Source: Amoebophrya sp. A120 (Eukaryota > Protista > Dinoflagellata). From it: a stretch of 64,000 nt of DNA. Location: contig CAJINV010000003.1 of NCBI GenBank assembly GCA_905178155.1, positions 11,697,105-11,761,104 of the forward strand, in the 5' to 3' direction. A program made the translations under genes and the position numbers. The stretch's first letter is position 1; the number at the start of each line of letters is the position of its first letter. Below are positions 39,068-50,145 of the stretch, piece by piece. The notes under the pieces are model-generated. The model saw only the letters and a program-made list of their open reading frames with translations, was not told the DNA's origin and did no database searches.

Positions 39068-39925
39068 TTTGATTTCTGAGAACGTGCCACTCGCAATCTA
39101 GATCTTTTTACAACTTCCAGCTCTCACACAAACAGTAGGACACACGTTTCACTTTTTTGCGTTCCTTTTATCAAAGCAAGAGGTGGATCGCTTTTTCCTG
39201 AACATAATGTTTTTGCAGCGGCAGCCTTACTCTGTCACAAGTGTTGATCGAGCGATGTGTACTTGGAGGAACGCGTAAAATGTCATCGCAGCGAAGATCT
39301 TCTTGCATCTTCCTGCTGGTGTGAAGATCAAGAGACGTGATCCCAGGCAGAGGAAAGACAGACGCGAACGCGAAACAACTTCGCACAGATGAAGCAGGCA
39401 AGCAACGCTACTTGGAGCAGGTTTGTCCTCGTACTTGTCACATTCCTTGTTCGCAAAGAATTAACATTTTTTGAAATAATTATTATCTGCCATCGGCCCA
39501 GTGCCTCCAACTCAATCTTATCAACAAAACAGCCTACCCAACAGCACCAGCATCATCGAGTAAACATTGAGCAAGAGCAAATCGTATAAAGTAAATGCCA
39601 ACTTCGTCTGTGGAGACGAATCCAACCGTGGCAGTCTTGTCGATTTATCGATCATACAAAGTAAAGTTCTGAAACGTTGAGTTCTGCAGTAAAAACGTCG
39701 AAACCGACTCCTGTAGGCGTAGAAGATCTCTGTGCAACCAAAGCAAACAGTTTTCATTCATTACAAGTTGTTGTTCTTCAAACCAAAATTGTAGATTAAA
39801 GTAGTACGACTACGAGAAGAAACAAACACAAAACGAAAACAGATCAGAAACAGAAAAAACGCTACCCTTCAAGATGTTTTACTTCTGTGCCAAAAAGTTT
39901 CCGTGTTCATCAACCCCTCCTCCTT

Positions 39926-42900
39926 CTACAGGCAGCCCAAGGCCACCCCCAAGAGCACGACGGACAGTAGACCGAACAACACCGTGGCGGCCACGTCGAA
40001 ACAGAAACTCTTCTGCGAAACGAAGTGTCCAATCTCGTTCCTCACCGCAAGCTTCCACTGCTCGTCGACCATAAGCGCCGCCTTCTCAATATCCTGAGTA
40101 GAAACGTCCCCACCCAATATTTTTGCTGTTTCAATCATTTTTTTTCTAATACATAGTCTCAGTCTCAAATTCATGCCAATCTGCATGCCTTGTATCTCTC
40201 TCGTATCGCTCCGCCTGGGTGGCATTTTGTTTTTATCCGATTGAAAAGTCCACCACGCGCTACTCAGCTTGAGAAAGTGGATTTATGATGTTGGGGCGTT
40301 TTTACTCAGGATATTCAATCGGCAAATCCGCCCGTTTTTTCTCTTTCCGGATCTGCAGCAATTGCTTCCACACGGTGAAGCCGGCGGTGACGAGAAAATT
40401 CTCCGAATCCAGCACCAGCCCGTTGATGACATTCGTTCTGGCAACAGCAAAAGTTTCGCAGTGCAAAACTCGCTTTCGGAGATACTGCGAGTGCTGTGAA
40501 GGCCCTAAAATATCCACCTTTTCGCCCATCTTTTCAAATCTTGGCCAGTTGATTGCGCGGCGCCCTCGCCGATTATCGCGTAGCGCCTCTTCGATGGCGG
40601 CTGCGCGTCCGCCTTTGCAAACGCGCCACGCCGGGCTGTTCTATTTCTGCCCCGAGGCCCGGGGCAGAAACGCAAGCCAAAGACCCCAGAGAGAAAAGCC
40701 ACCCAAACGAGCCTCCCAATCATATGAGGCCATGGACCCTGAGCGCGCCTCTGCTTGCGCAGGTAAGGCAAGGCGCCCGGCAATAGCGACAAACGCGGAA
40801 AATGCCCCCGGCGAATTTACCCTCCACAAGGCGCAGCCAAGCGAAAGGCTGCGCCCCCCCTCTTATCAGCCCCGGCCTGGCTTGGGCCTGATTCGGAAAC
40901 AGCGCCCACCGCATCTGATCCGGGAGACCTGAAGAGCGAGCAACCCCTGACGAGGTGGCCCGTGCTTCATGGCGCAACATTTTCAGATGTGGACACGGCT
41001 GAAACGGGGAAATATACCTCGGGGCGCATCTTTTCAAATCTGAAAACCAACAGGCGAAAAAGCTGCTGTGCTCTCCTGTGGTTCTTGAGATTTGAAAAGA
41101 TGCCCTCTCAGCATCTTTTCAAATCTGAAGCGCATGGCCTTTGGCCTGCAAAATTTGAAAAGATGCTGAAGGAGCATCTTTTCCATAACGAAGCCACAAG
41201 AGACCCGAGCAATTTACTCTTCTGTGGTTTCCAGGATTTGAAAAGATGCTGAAGGAACATCTTTTCGAATTTCAAAAGGCGCAAAAGAGGAGGGTCGCCT
41301 GCTCCGTTTTCTGTCCGCAGAAGAGCCGCAGAAGAGCCGATCCGTTTTCTGTCCTGAGGTTGCCAAGATTCGAAAAGATGCTGAAGGAGCATCTTTTCAA
41401 ATTTTACATGCCGCAGACGAGGAGGGCAGCTGGCTGTTCTGTGGTTTTCAGGATTTGAAAAGATGCCGAAGGAGCATCTTTTCAAATTTGAGAAACCACG
41501 CAAACGGAGGCCAGCTCAATCTTCTGTGGCTTCCAAAATTTGAAAGGATGCTACCAGCGCATCTTTTCAAATTTCGACAGCCGCGGAAAGGGTGATCAAC
41601 CTACTCTTCTGCGTGGCTTTCAAAATTCGCAAACTTGCTGAGGGGGCATCTTCGCAATCTTCGGAGCCACAAAAGAGGCAAGCAAACAGGTGTCGCCAGA
41701 GGCACGGCTTTGCTTACCATCTGGCGGCCCGCCAACTGGAGCGCAAGTCAAAGCCTTCGACTTTCGTCCGCAATTCTCTGTCTGGGCGCACCAAAGAGGT
41801 TCCCAAATAGGTTCATCAAAATCCACCATACCATGCGGAGTAGCTTAAGTTAATAGCCTCTTGGGAGACCTCACCAAAGAGGTTGCCAAAAAGGTTGTCA
41901 AATTTTGAAAAGATGCTGAAGGAGACATCTTTTCAAAATTTGACAACATCAACAAAGCAAGTGCTTGCGTTGTTGAGGTTGTCAAATTTTGAAAAGATGT
42001 TTCCTTCAGCATCTTTTCAAAATTTAGAGACTGAGCAGCCACTTATCAAAATTTGAAAAGATGCAGAAAGAGCATCTTTTCAAAATTTGATACTTGCGCT
42101 GTTCGGGTTGTCAAATTTTGAAAAGATGTTTCCTTCAGCATCTTTTCAAAATTTGGAGAGTGAGCAGCCACCTATCAAAATTTGAAAACTCGTTTCCGGA
42201 GATACTGCGAGTGCTGGGCTGCAGAAGTGGTCTCGTCGCTGGAAGCGTCGTGCGTGGCAGGAGCTGGTCCCATCTGTTGATGAATAACGCGTTTGCAGAA
42301 AATTCTTGTGGCGAATACGAATTTGTGTATTTCTATTGATGTATCTACTTCTCATGCAGGTGATCGTCACACGACCTCGTGGTCCTCAGAGAAGCTGAAG
42401 CATTGCGTCTTTGCATAACGAGAACGAAAATCCGCTTTCCATTTTATAGAAGAAAAAACGCAAATAAAACTCAAAAATACGTTTCCGCCGTCCGTGAGCA
42501 AGAACTGCAGTTGCGCCTTTTCTTCCCGCCACTTTTGCTCGTTCTTTTGCAGTTGCAGCCGCATCTTCTTCAGTTCCGCTTCCGCACTGGCCTTCGCGTT
42601 GGTTTCCGCGAAAGCGACTTCTCTTTCCAGCTGCTTTTTCCCTTTCACCCTTTCCTTCTCCAATTCTCTGACCCGCACCTCCGCTTGCTCGAGCTTCGTC
42701 GCAAGCTCCTCAATCCGGACCGACTGCCGCGACGCCTTCTCCTTCTCAAACTCGGATTGGTAATTCTTTGATCCGTGACTCGTTTTAATATTCCGGAACG
42801 TCGCCGCACTGTTCGCCATTCTGTGCGAGGAGGGCGATGCGGTTCTCGGTGTGAAAGAAAAAGCTCCGCCCGCCACCGGGGAAGAGGACGAGGACCCATG

Positions 42901-43188
42901 CCCTCCTGCGTCGGAAGCGTTGTCTTTGAGATTATTTTCATGCAATTTCTCCAGAATGTTTTGCAGAATCTGCAACACAATCTTCGTCCCGATGTTGCGG
43001 ACCTCTTCGGAAACTGTGGCTAGGTCCGCTAAGACTTTGTCCAAATTCGCCTGAAGCTCCGCAAGGGACAAAGTCTCGTTCTCCAAAAGACAGACGGCCG
43101 GGTGGCCGACCAGGAGAGCCACGTCCGGATCGCGGGTCGACATCTTTATTCTTTCCTTGCGACGTTCTTCGCTCGTTCGCAGACGCAA
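39926..43188 (-). CDS. Coiled-coil protein with a C-terminal hydrophobic helix (tail-anchored-like)
   Basis: ORF 42367-43188 is coiled-coil. An exon at about 42300-42185 joins 40496-40314 through a 32-bp duplication, then LPIE-KAAL across 40090-40313. Ends ATVLFGLLSVVLLGVALGCL*. Confidence 0.65.
40090..40313. mobile_element. Family C introner (DR ctcaa/ttcaa)
   Basis: tatcctgagtagaaacgtccccacc ... ggggcgtttttactcaggata. In-frame join. Confidence 0.85.
40497..42184. mobile_element. 1.7-kb insertion with a palindrome array, flanked by a 32-bp direct repeat
   Basis: DR aaaactcg(c/t)tt(t/c)cggagatactgcgagtgctg at 40465-40496 and 42185-42216. Confidence 0.7.
41091..42150. repeat. Array of about 11 palindromes TTTGAAAAGATGC-N7-GCATCTTTTCAAA
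   Basis: Copies near 41091, 41154, 41237, 41369, 41454, 41539, 41624 (decayed), 41903, 41988, 42052 and 42117. Spacing mostly about 64 or 85 bp. Confidence 0.9.
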
Positions 43189-43768
43189 AGACTTCTCGAA
43201 GACACAAAGGACTTTCTCAAAAGAAAAACAGCTGCAAAGGCTGAAGTGCTTTGTTGTGACGCTTTTTTTTACGAGTGTTTCATCTCAAAATGCCCGTCGA
43301 CACAGCAAATTTGGACGAAGACTCGCGCACTCTTGAACTGGTCGCTCACGAAATCTGAATCAATAGATTTAGATTTTGAATTTTCAAACCTCTCGTCTCA
43401 ATCGCGACGCTCGTCAGAGCCGGCGTTTGCATTTTAAAGCGACATCCCTCGCACAGCAGCTCGAGCCGCTTTGCATTCCAAAACGATCAACGTACGTTTG
43501 CAGCACTGAGTCCCTCTACTGCTTTTGCGAACATCCAAAGCACTCAATAGACATAGGCTGCAGAAACTAACATATCGAGTTGTGGCTTTCTTCGGATCGA
43601 TTCATCAATGCCACGAGAAATCATAGAACTCAAACATCTTCCAATCTCGTTTATTTATAATCCCATTCAAACTTTTATATCTAAAGAGGAACAGGATCAA
43701 CAGCCGACATCTTCAAGGAGGTCAGAAGCAACGGTCTACAACTTTTCATGTTGATAAAAGTTTATCTA

Positions 43769-46700
43769 TCATGCCGCCGGGTCAAACACCACCCGCGACC
43801 CTCTGACCGTGTCCCGCTCCGACGCGTTGTTCTGTCTAGCCACACGCTCCATTCTCGCTCGCAACATTGCTTCCCGCGGACCGATCGAGTTTCTGCCACT
43901 AGTAGCACTACTACTTCCACCCCCGCTGCCTGGAAATGAAGGCCGCGACGACTGCATCGCGGCGCCGGACGTCGGGTCGGCCCCGCCTAGGTTGATCCCG
44001 CCACCGGCCATATTTCCCGTGCGTCTCCTCTCCAGCGCATTCAGGCTCGCCCGCGCGACGTCGCGGTTCCGGTAGTTCAATGTCTGCCGAGCCAACGCCC
44101 CATGCAGCGCGTCGATAGTACTACTACTCTGGCTCTGTTGCGCGCGGACAGACACAGAAGGCGTGCCTGTCCTAGAAGACCTTAGCCCAACAACTCCGGT
44201 AGTTGTAGAGCGGAAGCTGCTCGTACTTCCGCTTAGTGGGACGGCAGCGCTGAAGGATGCGTTCCCGGACGTCGTGCGGTTCAAGAGGAGTTGTGCTTCC
44301 TCCTGCTCCTCGCCCTCAAAACTCGGCGACTCATGATCCATCATCGGCCGCACCCGATACCCGGAGGAGTACGGCGAGGCTTGTGGGCTGCCGCTGCCCC
44401 GGTGAGGGAAATTGCTGCGCGTCCCGCTGGGTCGCCTGGCCGGGTTGTAAGGAATAGATGAAGTAGTAGGGTTCATCGACGTGAAAGAACCTGTATTATT
44501 TATGCCCGCCCTGCTACCGGACTCGTTCCCAGGTCTACTGCCATTGAGCCCGAGGCCTAAACCAAACAGAATGTTTTCTTCCAGACTGGTCGGATGCCCA
44601 GGAACAGCACTACTGCTCAAAGCACCGTCCAAACCAACCTCCAAGGTTCTCGGACTGTTCATCCGTTCCACAACCCGGTCCACCAGTTGTTGTCGTTCCC
44701 GTTCCCTTTCCAGCGCGAAGATCCGGGTTTCAATCTGTCTAATGTCGTACCCCGCCTCCGCAGCGACAAACTCCGGGCTGGATACCAGCCTACTCGTTCG
44801 CGCCCTGGAAAAACCACGCGCGGGCGAGAGAGCCGCCCCCGGTGAGCTGGGCGCGCTCGGAACTAGCCGGCTTGAGGTTCTCCCCGCGGAAGAGCGCCGC
44901 GGACTGTGCTGCCCACCAGGCGGCCGAGAGTGATGTGTGGACGAGGACCGCATGTTGTCCACAGGATCATCCGGGCCGTCAGCACGCTCCTGGCTCAAAA
45001 ATCCTATCTGTTCATGATCCTCTATTTCGCCTATCAGGGAAGCAGACGACGAGCCTGTCATCGCGTCGAAATAGGCAGTTGCACCGCCGGGTTGATGGCC
45101 GTATTGTTGTCCACCTCCTGCTGTTGTTCCCAGTGAGCGAAAGGACGCGTTGGAAGTAGATGACAGGGTGGTTGTTCCAGCACCGTGTTGTACTGGCGCT
45201 CCACCACCACCTCCGGAAGACGACCCTGTTGGTCCGATCCCACTGTAGTTCGAAAACCCGCCCGAGCTCCGCCTGGCGGTCGCCCTCGCAATGCGGTCGG
45301 CGGCAACGCTGTTCGGCGGGATGGTCGGATCCCCGGGAAAATGGTCCCGCATCGAGCGAAACAGCGGATCCGTGAAAAAGTTTTCACTCCCGCGGATGCT
45401 ACGCGGCAACGCGCGGCGCGGCTGCGGCGACCCCGGTTCGTTCATGGTGGACATCGGGCTTAAAGCGGTCGTCCCTCGATTCATGGGCGTCGCAGTCGGC
45501 ATAAAGTTCTGCTCCGCCGGAAACAACTGCCTCGACGTCGGTGCTGGTGGTGGACCAGCATTATTCAGTGCTGCGGCCAAGTCCCCCGTCGGCGGCAGCT
45601 GGGGCACCGCACCCTGCATCAACAGCCCCAGTGTCTCGTCGTTCGGCTGGCTCGCGCGCCGGTTGAAACGCACGCTCCGCGGCCGTATGGGAGGAGCTGC
45701 AGCAGGGTGATTAGCTGCTCCAGTCGTTGTCCTGGTCTGTCTCGTGCTAGTTGTGTTTGTTCCGCTACCCGAATCCCGACTGCGGACGGTCGTGAACATG
45801 GCATGATCATTGCCTGCTGCACCTCCGGTCTGCGTCCGCGAGAGCAGTGGTGAGGAGAAGACCTGTTGCGACGTGGAGGACTGTAGCTCGTGGTCGAATT
45901 CGTGGTCCGAGAGAAAATCTCCCAGGTGCATCGTCGGATGGTCACGCGTGGTCTGAAACAACGCGTCATCGCGGAGGATGCTGGAATGCTGACCCCGAGG
46001 AGCAACACCAACAGTAGTGCTTCTGTGATCTCCAGCAAGCAAACCACTACTCGTCGCCGACGCGCCTCGTTGCAGCTGCTGTTGCAGATGGGACTCCACT
46101 CGTTCCAGAACGGACAACGCACTGCCCCCGTTCAACAGCCCCGCTTGCTGGTGTTCTATCGGACTGGTGAGCGCGCCGACCGGGTCGTTGCTCATCTGTA
46201 GTTGTTCCTGTTGGTTCGCAAACGCCTGCTGGTCGAAATTCGAAAACGCCTCTAACACCTCCGGATTCCGCTGCTCAATCTGCTCCGCTAACAGATTCAC
46301 GGTCCGCAGCGCCCCGGGCCCGCCCGACGCGATCTCCGAGGGGTCTATGTTGATGAACTCGCACGCTTTCAACAACGCGTTGCTGAAGAAGTGGTCCCGG
46401 ACGCCTTTGAAGGGGCGCGTCTTCGGGTTCATGTTCTGCCGTTCTAGTCTGTTCAATTGGTCTTCGTTTGGGTCTTGCTCAAGAAACCCGTTGTCATTCA
46501 CCGCACCTAAGTTGTTCAATCTGTCCAAATCCGTGTTCAAAACCCCGTCACCCAACACCATCCGGTCCGACTCCGGGAGTTCCTTCACGAGGATCTTTGG
46601 GTACGCGTTGATGTTGTTTTGGATCAGGCACTCCCGAAAACAGTTCGAAACCGCGAGCAGCAAGGACACGTCCACCGCGCCAGGCGGCACTTTGATCTCC

Positions 46701-47110
46701 CAGACCTGCAAGAATTCCAACTGCGTCGGAATTGCCGGCGGGATCATCTGCTCCACGCCGTCGCCCAGCTCCCCGAGGATCTCCCCGGAGGAGGCCTTCC
46801 GGATCGCCCAGCGCTGCGACCCGAGGTGCTGCGTCCAGGGGTCGAAGGTGAGCATGACCGAGTCGGATTTGGTATCAATCACCTCGTACACGTAGGGGTG
46901 TCGCGCGATCATGTCGGGGATAAAACGAGGCTTCACCTCCAGCATCGGCGTCTTCGCGAAACTCTTCGCGTTGTACACGAAACCTTTAGCGAGCTCGAGG
47001 CGACCCTGTTTTTGTTTTTGTGGTTGGGTATTTTTGCAACTTGCAGTTCTTATGAATTTCCGATGTTGCGACAACCGCATCCATTCTGGACACGTCGACC
47101 AATCTGTCAT
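43769..47110 (-). CDS. Large hypothetical protein, possible N-terminal LURP-one/scramblase-like domain, long Ser/Gly/Arg-rich disordered tail
   Basis: 1113-aa ORF. The segment WAIRKASSGEILGEL...WEIKVPPGAVDVSLLLAV resembles the C-terminus of the Tub_2/LOR fold (domain call tentative). Confidence 0.75.
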   Translation of the reverse strand: MTDWSTCPEWMRLSQHRKFIRTASCKNTQPQKQKQGRLELAKGFVYNAKSFAKTPMLEVKPRFIPDMIARHPYVYEVIDTKSDSVMLTFDPWTQHLGSQRWAIRKASSGEILGELGDGVEQMIPPAIPTQLEFLQVWEIKVPPGAVDVSLLLAVSNCFRECLIQNNINAYPKILVKELPESDRMVLGDGVLNTDLDRLNNLGAVNDNGFLEQDPNEDQLNRLERQNMNPKTRPFKGVRDHFFSNALLKACEFINIDPSEIASGGPGALRTVNLLAEQIEQRNPEVLEAFSNFDQQAFANQQEQLQMSNDPVGALTSPIEHQQAGLLNGGSALSVLERVESHLQQQLQRGASATSSGLLAGDHRSTTVGVAPRGQHSSILRDDALFQTTRDHPTMHLGDFLSDHEFDHELQSSTSQQVFSSPLLSRTQTGGAAGNDHAMFTTVRSRDSGSGTNTTSTRQTRTTTGAANHPAAAPPIRPRSVRFNRRASQPNDETLGLLMQGAVPQLPPTGDLAAALNNAGPPPAPTSRQLFPAEQNFMPTATPMNRGTTALSPMSTMNEPGSPQPRRALPRSIRGSENFFTDPLFRSMRDHFPGDPTIPPNSVAADRIARATARRSSGGFSNYSGIGPTGSSSGGGGGAPVQHGAGTTTLSSTSNASFRSLGTTAGGGQQYGHQPGGATAYFDAMTGSSSASLIGEIEDHEQIGFLSQERADGPDDPVDNMRSSSTHHSRPPGGQHSPRRSSAGRTSSRLVPSAPSSPGAALSPARGFSRARTSRLVSSPEFVAAEAGYDIRQIETRIFALERERERQQLVDRVVERMNSPRTLEVGLDGALSSSAVPGHPTSLEENILFGLGLGLNGSRPGNESGSRAGINNTGSFTSMNPTTSSIPYNPARRPSGTRSNFPHRGSGSPQASPYSSGYRVRPMMDHESPSFEGEEQEEAQLLLNRTTSGNASFSAAVPLSGSTSSFRSTTTGVVGLRSSRTGTPSVSVRAQQSQSSSTIDALHGALARQTLNYRNRDVARASLNALERRRTGNMAGGGINLGGADPTSGAAMQSSRPSFPGSGGGSSSATSGRNSIGPREAMLRARMERVARQNNASERDTVRGSRVVFDPAA

Positions 47111-47166
47111 GCATAGGAGAAGACAATTTGAGAAATCAACGGAACCATCCTATCCACTAGTACTCT

Positions 47167-48027
47167 TTATACAAAGACACCATAAAGTACTTTCTGCACG
47201 AATTCCCGCTTCAGCTCCCAACAAAACAGCACCGTATCCGCGACCGAATTTTCCACCGGCGTCCCTGCTTGGTGCGCTAGTAATGCGGAACAGCCGTAGA
47301 ATTTTTCAATCGGAAACTGCTCCAACAGTTTCAACACCGCAGATCCAAAATCCAACTTTGCGGTCACGAAAGGCGTATCCGCCCCCGTCTTTGGCACGGA
47401 GGATAACGCCCAGCGCTTCGCCAAGTGCGTCTTTTGCTGCATCATCGAGGCGGAGTAAAACCCCTCCTCGTAAATCCGGTTGCCCGGCGGCCGGAGCATG
47501 GAATGGTACAACGGCGAAACCTCCGCGGTGACGGGCACCTGTAGCAGGCTAGACACATGGTCCACGGTGCGGAACACGTAGTGCGAGTCGGTGTTCGAAA
47601 AATTCAAGAACCGCCGGTAGACTACCGGCACCGGAGCGTGCTGCGGTTCTTCGAGGAGGGAATTGGACTTCATCAAGCTGCCAGAAGTATTTCTGGTGGG
47701 CGAACGGTTGTTGCGGTTGTTCAGATTTGACGAGTTCTGGTCGTTTTCCATATTGTTTTCGCTGAACATGTTTTCTTCCGCCGTTTGCTGCGAGATCGGC
47801 GGGGAACGGGACAGGAGCACCAGGTCGTCGTGGTCCTCGTTTTGGTTCGTCAAATCCGAATTGTAACTCGCGTCCTCCACAATAAACTGCTGACGCGTTT
47901 CCCGCGTCGTGCGGTCAAAGGAATCCCGATCCACCATGGTACAGATACGCGGCGAAGGAAGATGGGAGAGTTGTGCTTGAGACGTGGAAGATTTTTCCCT
48001 GTGCCGATGGATTGTGACTACGCGCAC
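47167..48027 (-). CDS. Hypothetical ORF, probably the first exon of the 43769-47110 gene
   Basis: 286-aa ORF on the same strand, 57 bp upstream, with coding-like composition. Confidence 0.6.
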   Translation of the reverse strand: MRVVTIHRHREKSSTSQAQLSHLPSPRICTMVDRDSFDRTTRETRQQFIVEDASYNSDLTNQNEDHDDLVLLSRSPPISQQTAEENMFSENNMENDQNSSNLNNRNNRSPTRNTSGSLMKSNSLLEEPQHAPVPVVYRRFLNFSNTDSHYVFRTVDHVSSLLQVPVTAEVSPLYHSMLRPPGNRIYEEGFYSASMMQQKTHLAKRWALSSVPKTGADTPFVTAKLDFGSAVLKLLEQFPIEKFYGCSALLAHQAGTPVENSVADTVLFCWELKREFVQKVLYGVFV

Positions 48028-49213
48028 GACATCTTACTTTGCAACGGCTCCGTCTATGGAGATGAACAACCAGTGGTGGTTCGGGAACAACTCGCTCGGG
48101 TGGGCGCGTTGTTCCCTACTATCACTACAGAAACTACGGGGGAACTCAGGCACGGTCTTCCTCATTCGACAACAAGACACTTTCAGATACCACGTAAACC
48201 ACGAATAATGAAAGGGTCTTTCTGAACGATGGTCGGTGACAAGACAAACAGTAATAGCAACATCTTTTCCAAGTGGGGAATCAAGGTCATATCACATGGG
48301 AGTATCGCTGCTCGTGATTCGGAAAAGAAAGGCCTACACGCTATTGGCTACAACGCCAATTCCGATCGAGACGGCGCGCAAGCGCAACACATAAAAATGA
48401 AGCGGTGAAAAACGCACATACCAATAGACCGCCTTCGCACACGTTGAAGCATGACTGGAACGAGAAAGCATCGATGGGCTGCAGAAGATCTTCTTTACAC
48501 AGCACGAACGTAGTTGTCACTGACACTTTGTATGAACGAATTCAGGATCGTTTTCCAATCACAGAGCGCACGCTACGATACCGATCATACTAACTTAGTG
48601 CTCTTCTCTGTCCTTCCGGGACAAGAACTGGGTGCTTGCACACACGTCTGCACGACACGACCGAAAGCTCATATTGAAAATTAAAATCCGAAAGGTTGTA
48701 GGAACGAACCAAAACTCGCTCAACAGATGCATGGGGTCACGCCTCCTTCTAAAAAGGAATTCAAAACGACGAACGTGTATCTCGCTGGACGCCCTGCACG
48801 TGACCGAAGTAGCGACTTGCAACATCTTCCGAACATCATAATTCCCTTAAACACAACTCACAACAGACTGCACACCGCAACTTCCTCATGCGGGAATCGC
48901 GGCCAGAAGCCTGCTTCCTTTTTTAAACCGGGCTACAACAACTTTTTCGGCAGTACTACAGCTTTGACAAAGCAGCAAGACAATCTCTCGAATTTTCACA
49001 GCGTTGTTTCCACTGAAGTTCTCAAAGCAGGCGCAGATTCTCACAGGTGTGTCCAAACATCAGCATATTCTCAGTTCAAGCACAAATCTGCTCCCGCTGA
49101 CTCCACTGCTTTAAAATCTCCAAAAATTGCCCCGCTGAATCATCTCCGCAGTCAGCAAAAGATCCTCCTCCAAGCAAACAATTTCGAAAGCTGGCATTAG
49201 TCCGGCGAAGCAC

Positions 49214-49526
49214 TTAGTGCTTCAGCTTGGTGCGGCGCCAGTGGCGGCGCTTGGCGTTGTACCTGGTAGAGGTTTGGAAATTTAGGATTTGATGTCATCG
49301 GCGGTCTACGGCATAAACTCAGCACACCTCATTGCCAGACACTGCTGTTGTCACACTTCGCATAAAAAACGTCACTTGTGATGCAAAAGGAAAAGATGGG
49401 AAAAAACAAAAGGTTATAGTACTTGATCTTGTCCTGCTTCAGGCGGAACCACTGCGGAAGCGGGCGGTTCTGCTTCATCTTCTTCGCGAGAAGCATCTTC
49501 AGCTTGAAGGTCTTGATGGAGCCCAT
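49214..49526 (-). CDS. RPL39: 60S ribosomal protein L39 (eL39), two exons
   Basis: [35 protein letters not shown] + [19 protein letters not shown] intron at 49263-49422. Confidence 0.96.
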
Positions 49527-50145
49527 TTTGCCGTTTTGGTTTGGACTAACCAAAAGTGCCTAAGTCGTACTAAGCCCTTTACGGTTCCCTGGAAAAAGAG
49601 TTGATGTGGATGAGAAATTTTCATGTTTGCAGTCAGCGGCTCCTTACAGGAAAGGAAGTTCTTCTTAGTCGGAAACAGAACGGATCGCTAGATTTTTCTG
49701 TATTCTTTGATCTCCGGTCACTTATCGGAACCTTGATCGTTTTCGTGACGAGATTTAGATCTGCTTCTTTCACTGTTACTTACATCAGGGCGTGCTCTTT
49801 GTCGTCGCAAACTGGATCTAAATTCTGATCAAGCGGATCCTTTCCCATTGCTTAGCATGATCGAGATCGAGGCGAGCTTTATGTTGGAGACGCTTGTAAT
49901 TGTGTCTGTCTTGGTCTTTAAATTGCTTCGATCTTGTGGAATTCGTCTCAGAGATGAACGTGTGCTCAACCATTTCTCAACAGCAACTCTCGCGGGCCCG
50001 GCAAGAACAAAAATTTCGATGCGCGACGAGGCAACTTTTACCTTCAGATGATTTCAAAGAAATCCGACTTCATGGACCCAAAGTTCACTTTTACTCACTG
50101 AATCCATTTCCACCTCTACTGCAGCAGTGTACGAAACACCGCTAT

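Noticed and set aside
41091-42150. CRISPR array (palindromic 33-bp repeats with spacers)
   Set aside because: The spacers are mutually similar and of irregular length, the repeat loop flips orientation, there are no cas genes and the context is a eukaryotic intron
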